From Sedimentisphaerales bacterium (GTDB taxonomy: Bacteria; Planctomycetota; Phycisphaerae; Sedimentisphaerales; SM23-30): a DNA stretch of 64,000 nt. The stretch lies in the NCBI GenBank assembly GCA_963663805.2, contig CAXXMR010000009.1, positions 192,001 through 256,000 of the forward strand, given 5' to 3'. The translations under genes were made by a program, and so were the position numbers. The notes below the pieces were generated by a model. The model was given only the letters and a program-made list of their open reading frames with translations. It was not told where the DNA came from and made no database searches. Positions 1 through 9,247 of the stretch are shown piece after piece. Positions within the stretch are counted from its first letter, which is position 1. Each line of letters opens with the position of its first letter.

Positions 1-218
1 GGCTGATAGCTTCCCGCGGCGACCCAGATTTCGTCATCGGCCACCGCTACGCCCAGTGCGTCCTGAAGATTTACAAACGCATTGGCCCAGCTTGTTCCAT
101 TGTTACTTCCGGCAGCGTCATCATTGACATAGATGGCCGCACCGGATACGCTCGCGGCGGTAATCAATGCCAGAGACATGATTGCTGCCCACATTCTCAT
201 TTTTAACATACTCACCAT
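1..218 (-). CDS. Secreted protein, N-terminal part only (probable right-handed beta-helix/pectin-lyase-like); runs off the window edge
   Basis: Own translation: MVSMLKMRMWAAIMSLALITAASVSGAAIYVNDDAAGSNNGTSWANAFVNLQDALGVAVADDEIWVAAGSYQP. Signal peptide plus the IYV..A.G.N.G.SW..AF..LQDAL...DEIWVA.G.Y motif; GGAGG RBS at 227-231. Confidence 0.75.
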   Translation of the reverse strand, partial: MVSMLKMRMWAAIMSLALITAASVSGAAIYVNDDAAGSNNGTSWANAFVNLQDALGVAVADDEIWVAAGSYQ

Positions 219-312
219 TTCAATTACCTCCAGTAAAAAGTTTACTCTTCTTCTCTGTAAAACGCTAATAACAGAGTTTTCTTTGTGCTACGCTGCACTT
301 TTTATTACACGA

Positions 313-1128
313 TTAATATTTGTTCATCCATGTCGGCCAGGTGGTCGGTTCTTTGGGGGTCCAGATGCGATTCCATTTCAATTTCCACAGGTTTCCAAAT
401 TCTATACTCTGTACCGACCAGTCCATCATCACCATATTAACTTCACCTTTGCCGTGACGATTAATCATGCAACGTCCCATTTCGCCATAAGGATTGGGTG
501 AATTCCAGGTGTAAAAAGATTCAGTTGCCGGGGGAGCATCTGAGGGCTGCGGCATTATTTCATAGGTTCCGCAGTCCATTAGCACCGGGACGGAGTCGGC
601 GTATCGTGGGTCTGTTTTTCCCCAGTAGTATTCTGCTTTGTATGCCGTTCCGGTTCCGCCTTCAGAATTACTTTCAGTGCCGCTGTTGTTATATATCCAT
701 TCGTTGATGCCATAGCTGCCGTAAATTCCATCTTTGTATTTGTCGGGGTCCGTAGATGTATAGGGCCCCCAGACACCATATATCGGGTCTTCAGTGAATT
801 TCTTAGCCGGGTTGTTTGCTTTGGGGCAGCAGCAGAATTCATAGATGTCTTCGTAGTAGTCACTCATGGAAGTCATCCACAGTTCGAACGTATCTGCTTG
901 GTTGGTATACCATCCAGATGGGAACTTCTCTCTATTGTCGTCGGTATATAGTTGGAAGATTAAGCCCCATTGACGTAGATTTGATTTGCACATTACGTTC
1001 TTGGCCTGATCACGGGCCTGTCCCAACGCTGGCAGTAAGATCGAAACCAACAACGCGATAATGGCGACTACTACCAGCAATTCGACCAAGGTGAACCCTT
1101 TTTGTTTTTGTATTATTTTCCTGTTCAT
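313..1128 (-). CDS. Prepilin-type N-terminal cleavage/methylation protein (DUF1559/H-X9-DG-like)
   Basis: [36 protein letters not shown]...C.SNLRQ, SYGIN, and C-terminal [19 protein letters not shown] at 1128 has GGAG upstream (the ORF track starts at TTG 1143). Confidence 0.9.
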   Translation of the reverse strand: MNRKIIQKQKGFTLVELLVVVAIIALLVSILLPALGQARDQAKNVMCKSNLRQWGLIFQLYTDDNREKFPSGWYTNQADTFELWMTSMSDYYEDIYEFCCCPKANNPAKKFTEDPIYGVWGPYTSTDPDKYKDGIYGSYGINEWIYNNSGTESNSEGGTGTAYKAEYYWGKTDPRYADSVPVLMDCGTYEIMPQPSDAPPATESFYTWNSPNPYGEMGRCMINRHGKGEVNMVMMDWSVQSIEFGNLWKLKWNRIWTPKEPTTWPTWMNKY

Positions 1129-1248
1129 ATCATTATTCTCCAATTTAATGGTATTGTCTCTCTTCTTAGACTTGACACTTTCTATTATACAAATTTAACA
1201 TTTCCATTGAACGCCATAACTGTTCATAAAACATGCCATTTTGCGCGG

Positions 1249-2025
1249 TTACAGTGTTTTTTGATGTTCTGCGGATTTGAAATCCTCCACGATTTTTTGT
1301 ATGCCTGACTTCACGATTGACATATCGGTACTCAGGGCAATCAGGCTGAATCCCATTCCGATAATTTGCTCTAAAACGCTCTTATCTTTAATTAAAATGC
1401 CCGCTTTCTTGTTGTGCAATCGTGCAGTTTTGCAAATATCGGTCATTGCCTGATGCAACTGCGGGTGTGCCAGGTCACATGGGATGCCCAGGTCGCAGCT
1501 CAAATCGGAAGGACCCAGGAATAAAACATCCACTCCTTCCACGGCCGCGATTTCATCCATGTTTGCTAACGCTGTTCCGGTTTCAATCTGCACAACTAAC
1601 AGCAGGTCATTGTTGGCTTTTTCGAGGTACTCTTTAATTTCAAAACCAAAACCACTGGCCCGGCAGGTGCGGGTCAAGCCGCGTATGCCGTCCGGTGGGT
1701 ATTTCATATATCTGACGGCGAGTTCGGCTTCCTGAGCGGTATTGATTTGCGGGACCATTATCCCTTCGGCACCGTTATCGAGAGCGCGTTTGAAATGTTC
1801 GATTTCATTGTTGACGATACGTACGACAGGTGACGTGCCGCCCAGACGGGCTGACTGAATAGTTGAAACCATGGTGTTAAAATCGCCGGAACCATGCTCG
1901 GTGTCGATGAGTACCCAATCCAGTCCCGCTCTACCTGCTATCTCTGCTGAGGTTGCGATGCCGAGGTTCAGGAATAATCCCGATGCGAAATCAGCGTTCT
2001 GAAGTTTGTTTTTTATCCATTCCAT
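1249..2025 (-). CDS. HpcH/HpaI (GarL/RhmA-like) class II pyruvate aldolase
   Basis: DWVLIDTEHG, KRALDNGAEGIMVPQI, YPPDGIRG, VQIET, GVDVLFLGPSDLS motifs. Confidence 0.92.
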   Translation of the reverse strand: MEWIKNKLQNADFASGLFLNLGIATSAEIAGRAGLDWVLIDTEHGSGDFNTMVSTIQSARLGGTSPVVRIVNNEIEHFKRALDNGAEGIMVPQINTAQEAELAVRYMKYPPDGIRGLTRTCRASGFGFEIKEYLEKANNDLLLVVQIETGTALANMDEIAAVEGVDVLFLGPSDLSCDLGIPCDLAHPQLHQAMTDICKTARLHNKKAGILIKDKSVLEQIIGMGFSLIALSTDMSIVKSGIQKIVEDFKSAEHQKTL

Positions 2026-2041
2026 ATAGCGATGCAGCCTT

Positions 2042-4201
2042 TTACAGTTGTTTCAGTTCTTCGATGCCCTGGCGAAGGCGGTTATAGGTAAATTCTTTGA
2101 GCGATGATTTGTTGTCGTCATTAATGAGGAAGAAGTCTTTCTTTTTGTCGAAATAGTTCAGTTTGGTTCGGATGACCGATTTCCAGAGCATGTTGCGGAC
2201 CAGGTACAAGGATGTGCGTGCTTTGAATTTATCCGAAATTTTGGTTACTTCCTCATAGCCCTCATATACCGGGCCGAGTACGTCGCCGTTATAGAAGCAT
2301 TTCATTACGGAAATGTCGTCGGCGGGGTCGCCTATTATGACATCATCCCAGTCGATGATGGCGTTGACCTTGTTTTCGGTGCCTATCATATTCCAGAAAG
2401 CAATGTCTTTATGGACGACCGAACCCTGACCGATGTCGAGCAGGTGACCATGTTTTTCAATGAGAGATTCGATTTCGGCAACCTCAGCGGTTGCCAGGAA
2501 ATCTGTGTCACGCAGGCACTTGATATGATTGTCGAGCTGTTTGCAGAAATAGTCTCGGTTTTTGTTGTCCAGGCCGACGATTTTATTTTTTGTGCGAAGA
2601 ATATTAGTATTGAAAAATCCGAAGCCGTCCAGTTTGACCTGATGCATTTTAGCGAGCAGTCTGCCGACTTCCCGACCGATTTGGGTCCGGTCAAGGGTTT
2701 GACTTTGATAATAATTGTTCAGGCATTCGCCCCGGACCAGTTCCATCAGTTGGTAGCGGATGGGGTATTTATCGAGCGAGACATCCCAGTGATAGACTTC
2801 GGGGACTTTGACGCCGCGTTTGCGAACCAGCTCCATGGCGGCTCCTTCGGCATCCATGTAATCATCATCGAGTTTGCCGCCGTCGGCGCGGAAGAAGAAC
2901 TCTCCGTCATTATTTTTGATGATATAAGTGTAATGATTGCCAGCCCCGTTACAAGCGGTCACGGTAAGATTATTTTTGCCGAAATAGTCCTGAGCAATGT
3001 CTCGAACGACTGGGCCGATGTCGGCGACTGCCTGTTTGTCATTGCAAATCAGCTTTTCCCTGTCGGGCAGGACATTATCGCATTTCCAGTAATAAATATC
3101 AGAGCGGCTGGTTTTGTTCCGGGGCTTTACGCGTCCCCAGATTGCCGCCAGAATAGAACCTGAAACATTCATCCAGGCGCCGAAGATTGCCGGGGCGAGA
3201 GTGGCTGGGGTACTGTTGAGTACATTGATGGCGATTCCGCTGGCCATGCCGCCATTCTGAAGGCCAACCTCGATAGCGATGGTCCGGCTGGAAGTTTCGT
3301 CCAGCTTCAACGCGCGGGCACCATAATAACCCAGGACATAACCGGTAGCGTTATGAATTACGGCTACCAGGAACAGCAGCGAACCAACGGTCAAGAGCAT
3401 GTCGCGTGAGAGGGCCGTGATGATCGCGATACTGAAACACAGGCCTGCCATCGAGAATACCGGCAGTACCCGGTCGCGAATCTGGGAATATTTATGGAGC
3501 AGGCGATTGGCAATCAATCCCGCCACGATAGGCAAGATAATCATTTTCATGATGGAGAACATCATCGCCGCGAAATCAATCTGGGTGTATTGCTGGGCCA
3601 GGAGCTTCATAACCAAAGGTGTCAGCAGGGGGGAAAGCAGAGTGGAACATGATGTCATGGTTACCGAAAGAGCGACATTGCCGCGGGCCAGGTAAGTTAT
3701 CACATTGGACGCGACTCCGCCGGGGCATGAGCCGACCAGAATAACGCCTACGGCTATCATGGCTTCCAGCCCGGCGCCGCGAGCCAGCAGAAAACCTACG
3801 ATGGGCATTACGGAAAACTGCAATACCATACCTGCTATAATTGCGCGGGGCATCTGGGCTACTCTCTTGAAGTCGCCCAGGCAAAGAGTTGTACCCATGC
3901 CGAACATGATAAGCTGGATAACTGGTACGATGAGTTTTTTAAGTTCAAAGCCGCCCCAGCTAATGAACAGTTGTGGGTAATACATACTGGCAGAAGCCGC
4001 GGCCAGGACCCAGAGCGTGAACGCCAGTCCCTTCCATTGTTTGGTGAATCGCACGAAGAACGCCAGCCACGCAAACCCTGTGACAACGAAGGGGCCGGAA
4101 TACTGGGCAGGGCCGAGCTTGTAAATTATCAAGGCGGTGATGAATGACAATACGCTTACAAATGGCAGAATATGGGGTAATTTAACTTTTGAGTTTGACA
4201 T
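2042..4201 (-). CDS. BASS-family sodium symporter fused to a C-terminal APH/choline-kinase-like phosphotransferase
   Basis: N-half: QLIMFGMG, GSCPGGVASNVITYLARGNVALS, IAIEVGLQNGGMA. C-half: VVHKDIAFWN (HxDxxxxN) and AIIDWDD. One uninterrupted frame. Confidence 0.85.
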   Translation of the reverse strand: MSNSKVKLPHILPFVSVLSFITALIIYKLGPAQYSGPFVVTGFAWLAFFVRFTKQWKGLAFTLWVLAAASASMYYPQLFISWGGFELKKLIVPVIQLIMFGMGTTLCLGDFKRVAQMPRAIIAGMVLQFSVMPIVGFLLARGAGLEAMIAVGVILVGSCPGGVASNVITYLARGNVALSVTMTSCSTLLSPLLTPLVMKLLAQQYTQIDFAAMMFSIMKMIILPIVAGLIANRLLHKYSQIRDRVLPVFSMAGLCFSIAIITALSRDMLLTVGSLLFLVAVIHNATGYVLGYYGARALKLDETSSRTIAIEVGLQNGGMASGIAINVLNSTPATLAPAIFGAWMNVSGSILAAIWGRVKPRNKTSRSDIYYWKCDNVLPDREKLICNDKQAVADIGPVVRDIAQDYFGKNNLTVTACNGAGNHYTYIIKNNDGEFFFRADGGKLDDDYMDAEGAAMELVRKRGVKVPEVYHWDVSLDKYPIRYQLMELVRGECLNNYYQSQTLDRTQIGREVGRLLAKMHQVKLDGFGFFNTNILRTKNKIVGLDNKNRDYFCKQLDNHIKCLRDTDFLATAEVAEIESLIEKHGHLLDIGQGSVVHKDIAFWNMIGTENKVNAIIDWDDVIIGDPADDISVMKCFYNGDVLGPVYEGYEEVTKISDKFKARTSLYLVRNMLWKSVIRTKLNYFDKKKDFFLINDDNKSSLKEFTYNRLRQGIEELKQL

Positions 4202-4225
4202 GTTTGCTGCTTTACTTCTGGGTTA

Positions 4226-5419
4226 CTATGATCTGCCGTATTTGCGGCGATACTCGGTTGGGGTTAATCCGGTTTGCTTTTTGAAAAAACGGGCGATATG
4301 CGGAAGGTCGTTATATCCGAACTCCCAGGCTATCTGCTGCACAGACAGGTCCGTTTTGAGCAGTCTGTGTGAAATATTTTCCGTACGCACTCTTTTGATT
4401 TCATCGCTGATGGTTCGGCCTAATATGGAGCAGAATTTTTCCTGCAATCTTCTTCTTGACAGCGCGGCAGCTGCGACAACATCGTTAACCTGAATATAGT
4501 CTCTGCTGTGTTCGTGGATAAACCTGACGGCCTTGTTCACATTTTCATCGCGCACTGCCATTATATCAGTTGATTGACGTGTGCGAATTTCCAGAGGCCT
4601 GACGATTATTTTCTGAGCCGCGGTTTTCTCACCCGCCATGAGCATATCCAGCAGTTCGGCGGTTTCATATCCGGCTATTTTCCAGTCCAGCTTAATGCTC
4701 GACAATGGCGGTGAACAGAAATTGCACATGGCATAGTCATCGTCCACGCCCAAAACCGAAAGTTCTTCGGGGATTTCAATTTGTTCTATTCTGCTCAATT
4801 GTACCAGGTTGTGCCCCAGTTTGTCATTGCAGGTGAAAACGCCCGTTGCTCTGGGTAACTGTTTGAGCCATTGAGTCAGAGCGGTAAGCTCTTTTTTGCG
4901 AGCCGATAATTTCGATCTGTTTTCCAGCTCATAAAGCTTTATCTTATGGCCGGCGTTGTCTAAATACTGAGCGAAGCTGAGGCCGCGTTCGATAGACCAG
5001 TCCACGTCGGCATAACCGCAAAAAGCAAAATGACGGTAGCCGCGGTTGATAAAATATTCCGCAGCAGTTTTACCAATGCCCTTGTTATCCCAGACGATGC
5101 TCGAAAAATGTCCATTGTGTTTGGCCTGGGGAATTGAAGCCAGTATTGTGGGGATGCCCTGAGTAGTGTATTTTTTGGTCAGGCAGGGGATGCTGGTTAT
5201 GATGCCGGACGGAGAAAAGTCAGGCAGCAGCGACAGAGAAAAATTTTTGTCACTTTGGTTGATGTCCGCTTCTGGGCATGTGTAGGCCTCGAAGTTGAAA
5301 AGCCACGGTCCGTTAGCGTCAGCGTATTCGGAAATTCCGTGCAGAAAATCCGTGCCGTTGCCGTGGAACGAATCCATTGCCAGCATAATATGAGGCGATG
5401 TGGGTAATAGACCGGTCAT
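4226..5419 (-). CDS. XylR-type regulator (periplasmic-binding-protein-like domain plus AraC HTH)
   Basis: AAEYFINRGYRHFAFCG, IPEELSVLGVDDD, PPLSSI, TRQSTD, C-terminal RFFKKQTGLTPTEYRR. Confidence 0.92.
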   Translation of the reverse strand: MTGLLPTSPHIMLAMDSFHGNGTDFLHGISEYADANGPWLFNFEAYTCPEADINQSDKNFSLSLLPDFSPSGIITSIPCLTKKYTTQGIPTILASIPQAKHNGHFSSIVWDNKGIGKTAAEYFINRGYRHFAFCGYADVDWSIERGLSFAQYLDNAGHKIKLYELENRSKLSARKKELTALTQWLKQLPRATGVFTCNDKLGHNLVQLSRIEQIEIPEELSVLGVDDDYAMCNFCSPPLSSIKLDWKIAGYETAELLDMLMAGEKTAAQKIIVRPLEIRTRQSTDIMAVRDENVNKAVRFIHEHSRDYIQVNDVVAAAALSRRRLQEKFCSILGRTISDEIKRVRTENISHRLLKTDLSVQQIAWEFGYNDLPHIARFFKKQTGLTPTEYRRKYGRS

Positions 5420-5480
5420 GAAAACTACTTCAACTCCTGCGTTTTTGAGAGAACACTTCTCGTTATGCTACGCATATAAC

Positions 5481-6488
5481 CTATTGGGCCATCCGGGATA
5501 CGATTATCAGGGTAAGTCCCACAACATAAAATACGAACATCAAGGCCAGCAGAGAGTTTGTACCCTTGGGCCCGCCTTTGAATTCTTTCCAGATGAACAC
5601 GCCCCATAATGCCGCGACCATTGTCGCTCCCTGGCCCAGGCCGTAAGAAATCGCAAAGCCCGCCGCGCCCGAAGCGATAATGCTCAGCGACATGCCCATA
5701 CACCAGATAATGCCGCCCAGAATACCCACGCTGTGGATACGAGCGTTGCCGTTTTTGAAATATTCCCCGTAAGTTGCTTTTTCGCCGGTGAACGGTTTTG
5801 CCATAACAATACTGTTCCAGAGGAAATTGGAAATCAGCACGCCCGTCGAAAACATGAATATCGCGGAGTAAGGAGTAAGTTTGCCCGGCTGTATCTCAAT
5901 GAAATCTGTTGACATCGAAGCCGCCACAAAACGATAAAAGAACCCCATCAAAATGCCCGCGATTACGGAAAGCAGAATACCTTTAACCGGAGTTTTGCTG
6001 TCTTGATTGGACAGTTTCTTATAAGCCAGCGCGTCGATGATAATCGCCAGGGCAACGCAGCCCACGCCGCCAAACAGCAAAACGGAATTGCCTACCGGTG
6101 CCGCCAGATAGTTGGAGACAACCCCGATTACTAAGGCCAGGCCGACTCCAACCGGAAAAGCAACCGCCAGGCCCGCCACCGCGATAGCTCCGACCAGCAG
6201 GATGTTGGAAAGATTAAAAATCACCCCGCCCAGCAGGGCCATCAAAATATTATTACCGTCGGCTGCGGATAAGTTAGCGGCAAACCCCTGGCCGCTGGAA
6301 CCGGTGCTGCCCATAGTCAATGCCAACACCAGAGACAGCAGAAAAACCCCTATGGCGTAATCCCAGTAGAATAACTGAAACTTCCATTCTCTGGTTGCCA
6401 GTTTCTGGGTATTCGCCCAGGAACCCCAGCACAACATGGTAATTACGCAAAGCAAAACCGCCGCAAAATAGGATTCCACAATAACCAT
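5481..6488 (-). CDS. GRP/DMT-superfamily sugar (ureide-permease-like) transporter
   Basis: ITMLCWGSWANTQKL, FQLFYWDY, AISYGLGQGATMVAALWGVFIWKEF; about 10 hydrophobic segments. Confidence 0.82.
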   Translation of the reverse strand: MVIVESYFAAVLLCVITMLCWGSWANTQKLATREWKFQLFYWDYAIGVFLLSLVLALTMGSTGSSGQGFAANLSAADGNNILMALLGGVIFNLSNILLVGAIAVAGLAVAFPVGVGLALVIGVVSNYLAAPVGNSVLLFGGVGCVALAIIIDALAYKKLSNQDSKTPVKGILLSVIAGILMGFFYRFVAASMSTDFIEIQPGKLTPYSAIFMFSTGVLISNFLWNSIVMAKPFTGEKATYGEYFKNGNARIHSVGILGGIIWCMGMSLSIIASGAAGFAISYGLGQGATMVAALWGVFIWKEFKGGPKGTNSLLALMFVFYVVGLTLIIVSRMAQ

Positions 6489-6559
6489 GATCTTTCCTTT
6501 TTTTAAAGAGTAGCTATCCGAAATGTATCCAACTGCCCCGCCCCGACCTAATCCTGTTA

Positions 6560-7585
6560 CTAAATCTTCCTTACCGACTTACGTATATTAAGACGAGTCG
6601 CTAATTTTACGCCCTGGGATTCGTAATCATTTTTCGACTCGATTTGATTCATAATCATTTTGACGGCCAACTCGCCCATGGCTTCGTTTTGCTGAGCCAC
6701 TGCGGTCAGAGGGGTGGCCAAAAACGGAAAATAGGGCTGTTCGTCGAAAGAAATCAGGGAAATATCGTTGGGGATTGACAATCCTTCTTCGTCGATAGCG
6801 GAATAAGCACCAAAGGAAATCGAGCTGCCCAGAGCGTATATCGCGGTGGGGCGGTTGAGGCTCTTGAGCAGCAGTTTGGTTTCGATATAACCATTGCGAT
6901 GAGTAAAGCTGTTGCCGACTACCACCTCGTTTATAGAAAGCCCATGGTCTTTGAGAGCGTCACGATAACCATTGGCACGGTCGCTGTTTAGCAGGCAATC
7001 AGAGAGCCCCTGAATGCACGCTATGTTCGTATGGCCGTTATCAATGAGATATTCAACGGCTTCATATGAGGCCTTGTAATTGTCAGATGTGACGTAGGGT
7101 AGTTTCATGCCTTCAAAATAACGGTCAACCACCACGATGGGTTTTCGCTTGTTATATAGCTCTTCGAAATGGCTGCCCACCTGACCGACCGGCGAGACGA
7201 TAATCCCGTCAACGTTACGCGATTCCAAAAGCCGCAGGGCCTCAATTTCCTCAATTGTTGAAGAGTTACTGTCGCACAAAATGATCGAATAATCAGTCTT
7301 TTTGGCTTCCGATTCGATATGGCGGGCCAAGGTGCCGAAAAACGGGTTGGCAATGTCAGGGACGATCAGGCCGAGCGTATTGGTTTTTTGCAGACGCAGA
7401 CTTTTGGCCACCTGATTGGGCGCATAGTCCACCCGTGCCGCTTCTGCCAGGACAACTTCTTCGGTTTGTTTGCTGATGCGGTATTTTCGGGCTTGGCCGC
7501 TGAGGACTCTTGATACTGTGGTGGCTGAAACGCCTATTGAGTGGGCCAGTGATTTTAAGGTTTTTTGTTTACTTATCTCTGTCAT
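6560..7585 (-). CDS. LacI-family transcriptional regulator
   Basis: TLKSLAHSIGVSATTVSRVL HTH, YAPNQVAKSL hinge, IPNDISLISFD. ATG at 7585 is preferred over the ORF-track start at 7654. Confidence 0.93.
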   Translation of the reverse strand: MTEISKQKTLKSLAHSIGVSATTVSRVLSGQARKYRISKQTEEVVLAEAARVDYAPNQVAKSLRLQKTNTLGLIVPDIANPFFGTLARHIESEAKKTDYSIILCDSNSSTIEEIEALRLLESRNVDGIIVSPVGQVGSHFEELYNKRKPIVVVDRYFEGMKLPYVTSDNYKASYEAVEYLIDNGHTNIACIQGLSDCLLNSDRANGYRDALKDHGLSINEVVVGNSFTHRNGYIETKLLLKSLNRPTAIYALGSSISFGAYSAIDEEGLSIPNDISLISFDEQPYFPFLATPLTAVAQQNEAMGELAVKMIMNQIESKNDYESQGVKLATRLNIRKSVRKI

Positions 7586-7604
7586 GATATACCTGTTGTT
7601 TTTC

Positions 7605-7672
7605 GCACAATCGTTAATGCTCATTTGCACAATCGTTAATTCTAATAATATCATTTTATTTTATTATGTCAA
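7605..7672 (-). promoter_or_regulatory. Sigma70-like promoter with two tandem LacI-type operators
   Basis: Minus strand TTGACA (7667-7672), 16 nt, TATTAT (7645-7650). GCACAATCGTTAAT is repeated exactly at 7605-7618 and 7627-7640. Confidence 0.65.
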
Positions 7673-7743
7673 TATTTATTTTTGGTGAGTTTTTTTAAGG
7701 CTTATTTTTGAGCGCAAAAATGGCTGAATGGACGTAAAAACGC

Positions 7744-9192
7744 CAATCCTGTTCGGCACATTTATTGCTTTAGGCTTTTGGCCTCCTGTATTTTTTTTAA
7801 AAAAAACCCGAAATGTTAAGATAGGTAATTTGCGCTCGAGGGATATTTATGCTCTAATAGGAGGCATGAGTGCTAAGCGTCAGAAAATCAAGGAGCGGGA
7901 CCTGCGTGGGTTCAAGTATTTCAAGTCCCTCTCGGCTCTGCTGAAAGGTCTTCACTCGGCGGGATGTGAGCGGGACCGGGCCGGCAATCGCACATTATTC
8001 ATGGACCAGTATGTCAGTCTGCTGCTGTTATACATGTTCAATCCGATCTGCAGTTCCATCCGGTCTTTGCAGCAGGCCGGCGAGCTCAAAAAGGTACAGC
8101 GGCTGTTGGGTTGTTCGCGTGCTTCGCTGGGTTCGCTTTCGGAAGCATCCCGGGTTTTTGAGAGTTCTTTGTTAGAGCCGATAATCGCTCAACTCACTGA
8201 GCAGTTAGGGCCGATATCTCAGGACAAAAAACTGGAAGTCGGTCAGGTCATTACCCTGGTGGACGGCAGCAGTATTCAGGCTTTGCAAAAACTCACTCAG
8301 GCTGCCTGGGACACCGACAAACCCGGAATTAAAGCACACACTCAGTTTGATCTGGAAAAATATGTGCCTCTGAAAATAAATATCAGTGAAGACAAGTCTG
8401 ATGAGCGAAAGGTTTTTTTAGAGAATCTTCAGCCCGGCCGGATTTATGTCAATGATCGCGGATATGCCTGTTTTAAGCTGTTTCAGGCCATTGTGGATAG
8501 TAAAAGCTCTTTTGTCTGTCGGCTGCGTGAGGATACGGTTTACGAAACTATTCAGGAAAAACCTTTAACTGAAGATGCTCGAAAAGCGGGGATAATTTTT
8601 GATCGTACGGTAATCGCCGGCAGCAGTGAAAAACTGCGGGAAGATTTCAAACAACCGTTACGCCTGATAGCGGTTGAATGTCAACCGCATTTGAAACGGG
8701 GCCAGGGACCACGTCAGAGTGAGATGATTTTGATTGCCACCGACCGGCTGGACCTGGACGCCGAAGTCATTGCCCTGCTCTATCAGAAACGCTGGGCCAT
8801 CGAAATATTTTTCCGCTTTTTTAAGCATGTGCTGGGCTGCCGACATCTGCTAAGCCTCTGCGAAAACGGTATCGAACTACAGATGTACGCCGCGATTATC
8901 GCCTGTATGCTGATCAGCCTGTGGACGGGCAAAAAACCAACTTTAAGAACCTACGAAATGCTCTGCTGGCACCTCTGCGGCATGGCCGACGAGCAAGAAA
9001 TGCAGAACCATATCAATAAACTCCAAAGCCAAAACTAAGGCCGATCCTCAAAAAAATCGCCGCTGCCGCTGATGCTGCGCCAAAATAACCAGTGCCGACA
9101 GTCCCACTGAGGGATAATCCCCGCTAAATCATATGAACTGCAAAGACCACAGAAAAACTGTATTTGAGCAATAAATGTGCCGAACAGGATTG
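7744..9192 (+). mobile_element. IS4-family insertion sequence, copy 1 (1449 bp)
   Basis: Perfect 26-bp terminal inverted repeats CAATCCTGTTCGGCACATTTATTGCT; near-identical copy at 51456-52904; no target duplication at this copy. Confidence 0.95.
7866..9038 (+). CDS. IS4-family DDE transposase
   Basis: LVDGS, YVNDRGY, Y.KRWAIEIFFR..K (YREK) motifs; AGGAGG RBS before ATG 7866. Confidence 0.93.
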   Translation: MSAKRQKIKERDLRGFKYFKSLSALLKGLHSAGCERDRAGNRTLFMDQYVSLLLLYMFNPICSSIRSLQQAGELKKVQRLLGCSRASLGSLSEASRVFESSLLEPIIAQLTEQLGPISQDKKLEVGQVITLVDGSSIQALQKLTQAAWDTDKPGIKAHTQFDLEKYVPLKINISEDKSDERKVFLENLQPGRIYVNDRGYACFKLFQAIVDSKSSFVCRLREDTVYETIQEKPLTEDARKAGIIFDRTVIAGSSEKLREDFKQPLRLIAVECQPHLKRGQGPRQSEMILIATDRLDLDAEVIALLYQKRWAIEIFFRFFKHVLGCRHLLSLCENGIELQMYAAIIACMLISLWTGKKPTLRTYEMLCWHLCGMADEQEMQNHINKLQSQN

Positions 9193-9247
9193 ATTTTTGG
9201 ACGAGAAATCAGGGGGATATGTGTGATTTTGGGGGGCGGGTTATTAA

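Noticed and set aside
2042..3110. Aminoglycoside resistance gene
   Set aside because: Only the generic APH-fold motifs are present; the fusion to a transporter and the aldolase context point to metabolism.
7734..7743. GTAAAAACGC at the left flank of IS4 copy 1 as a severed glucan-regulon operator
   Set aside because: Only a half-site in AT-rich DNA, and the other half is not on the right flank; chance cannot be excluded.
7728..7865. N-terminal extension of the transposase in the ORF track
   Set aside because: It begins outside the inverted repeat and is absent in copy 2; the RBS supports ATG 7866.
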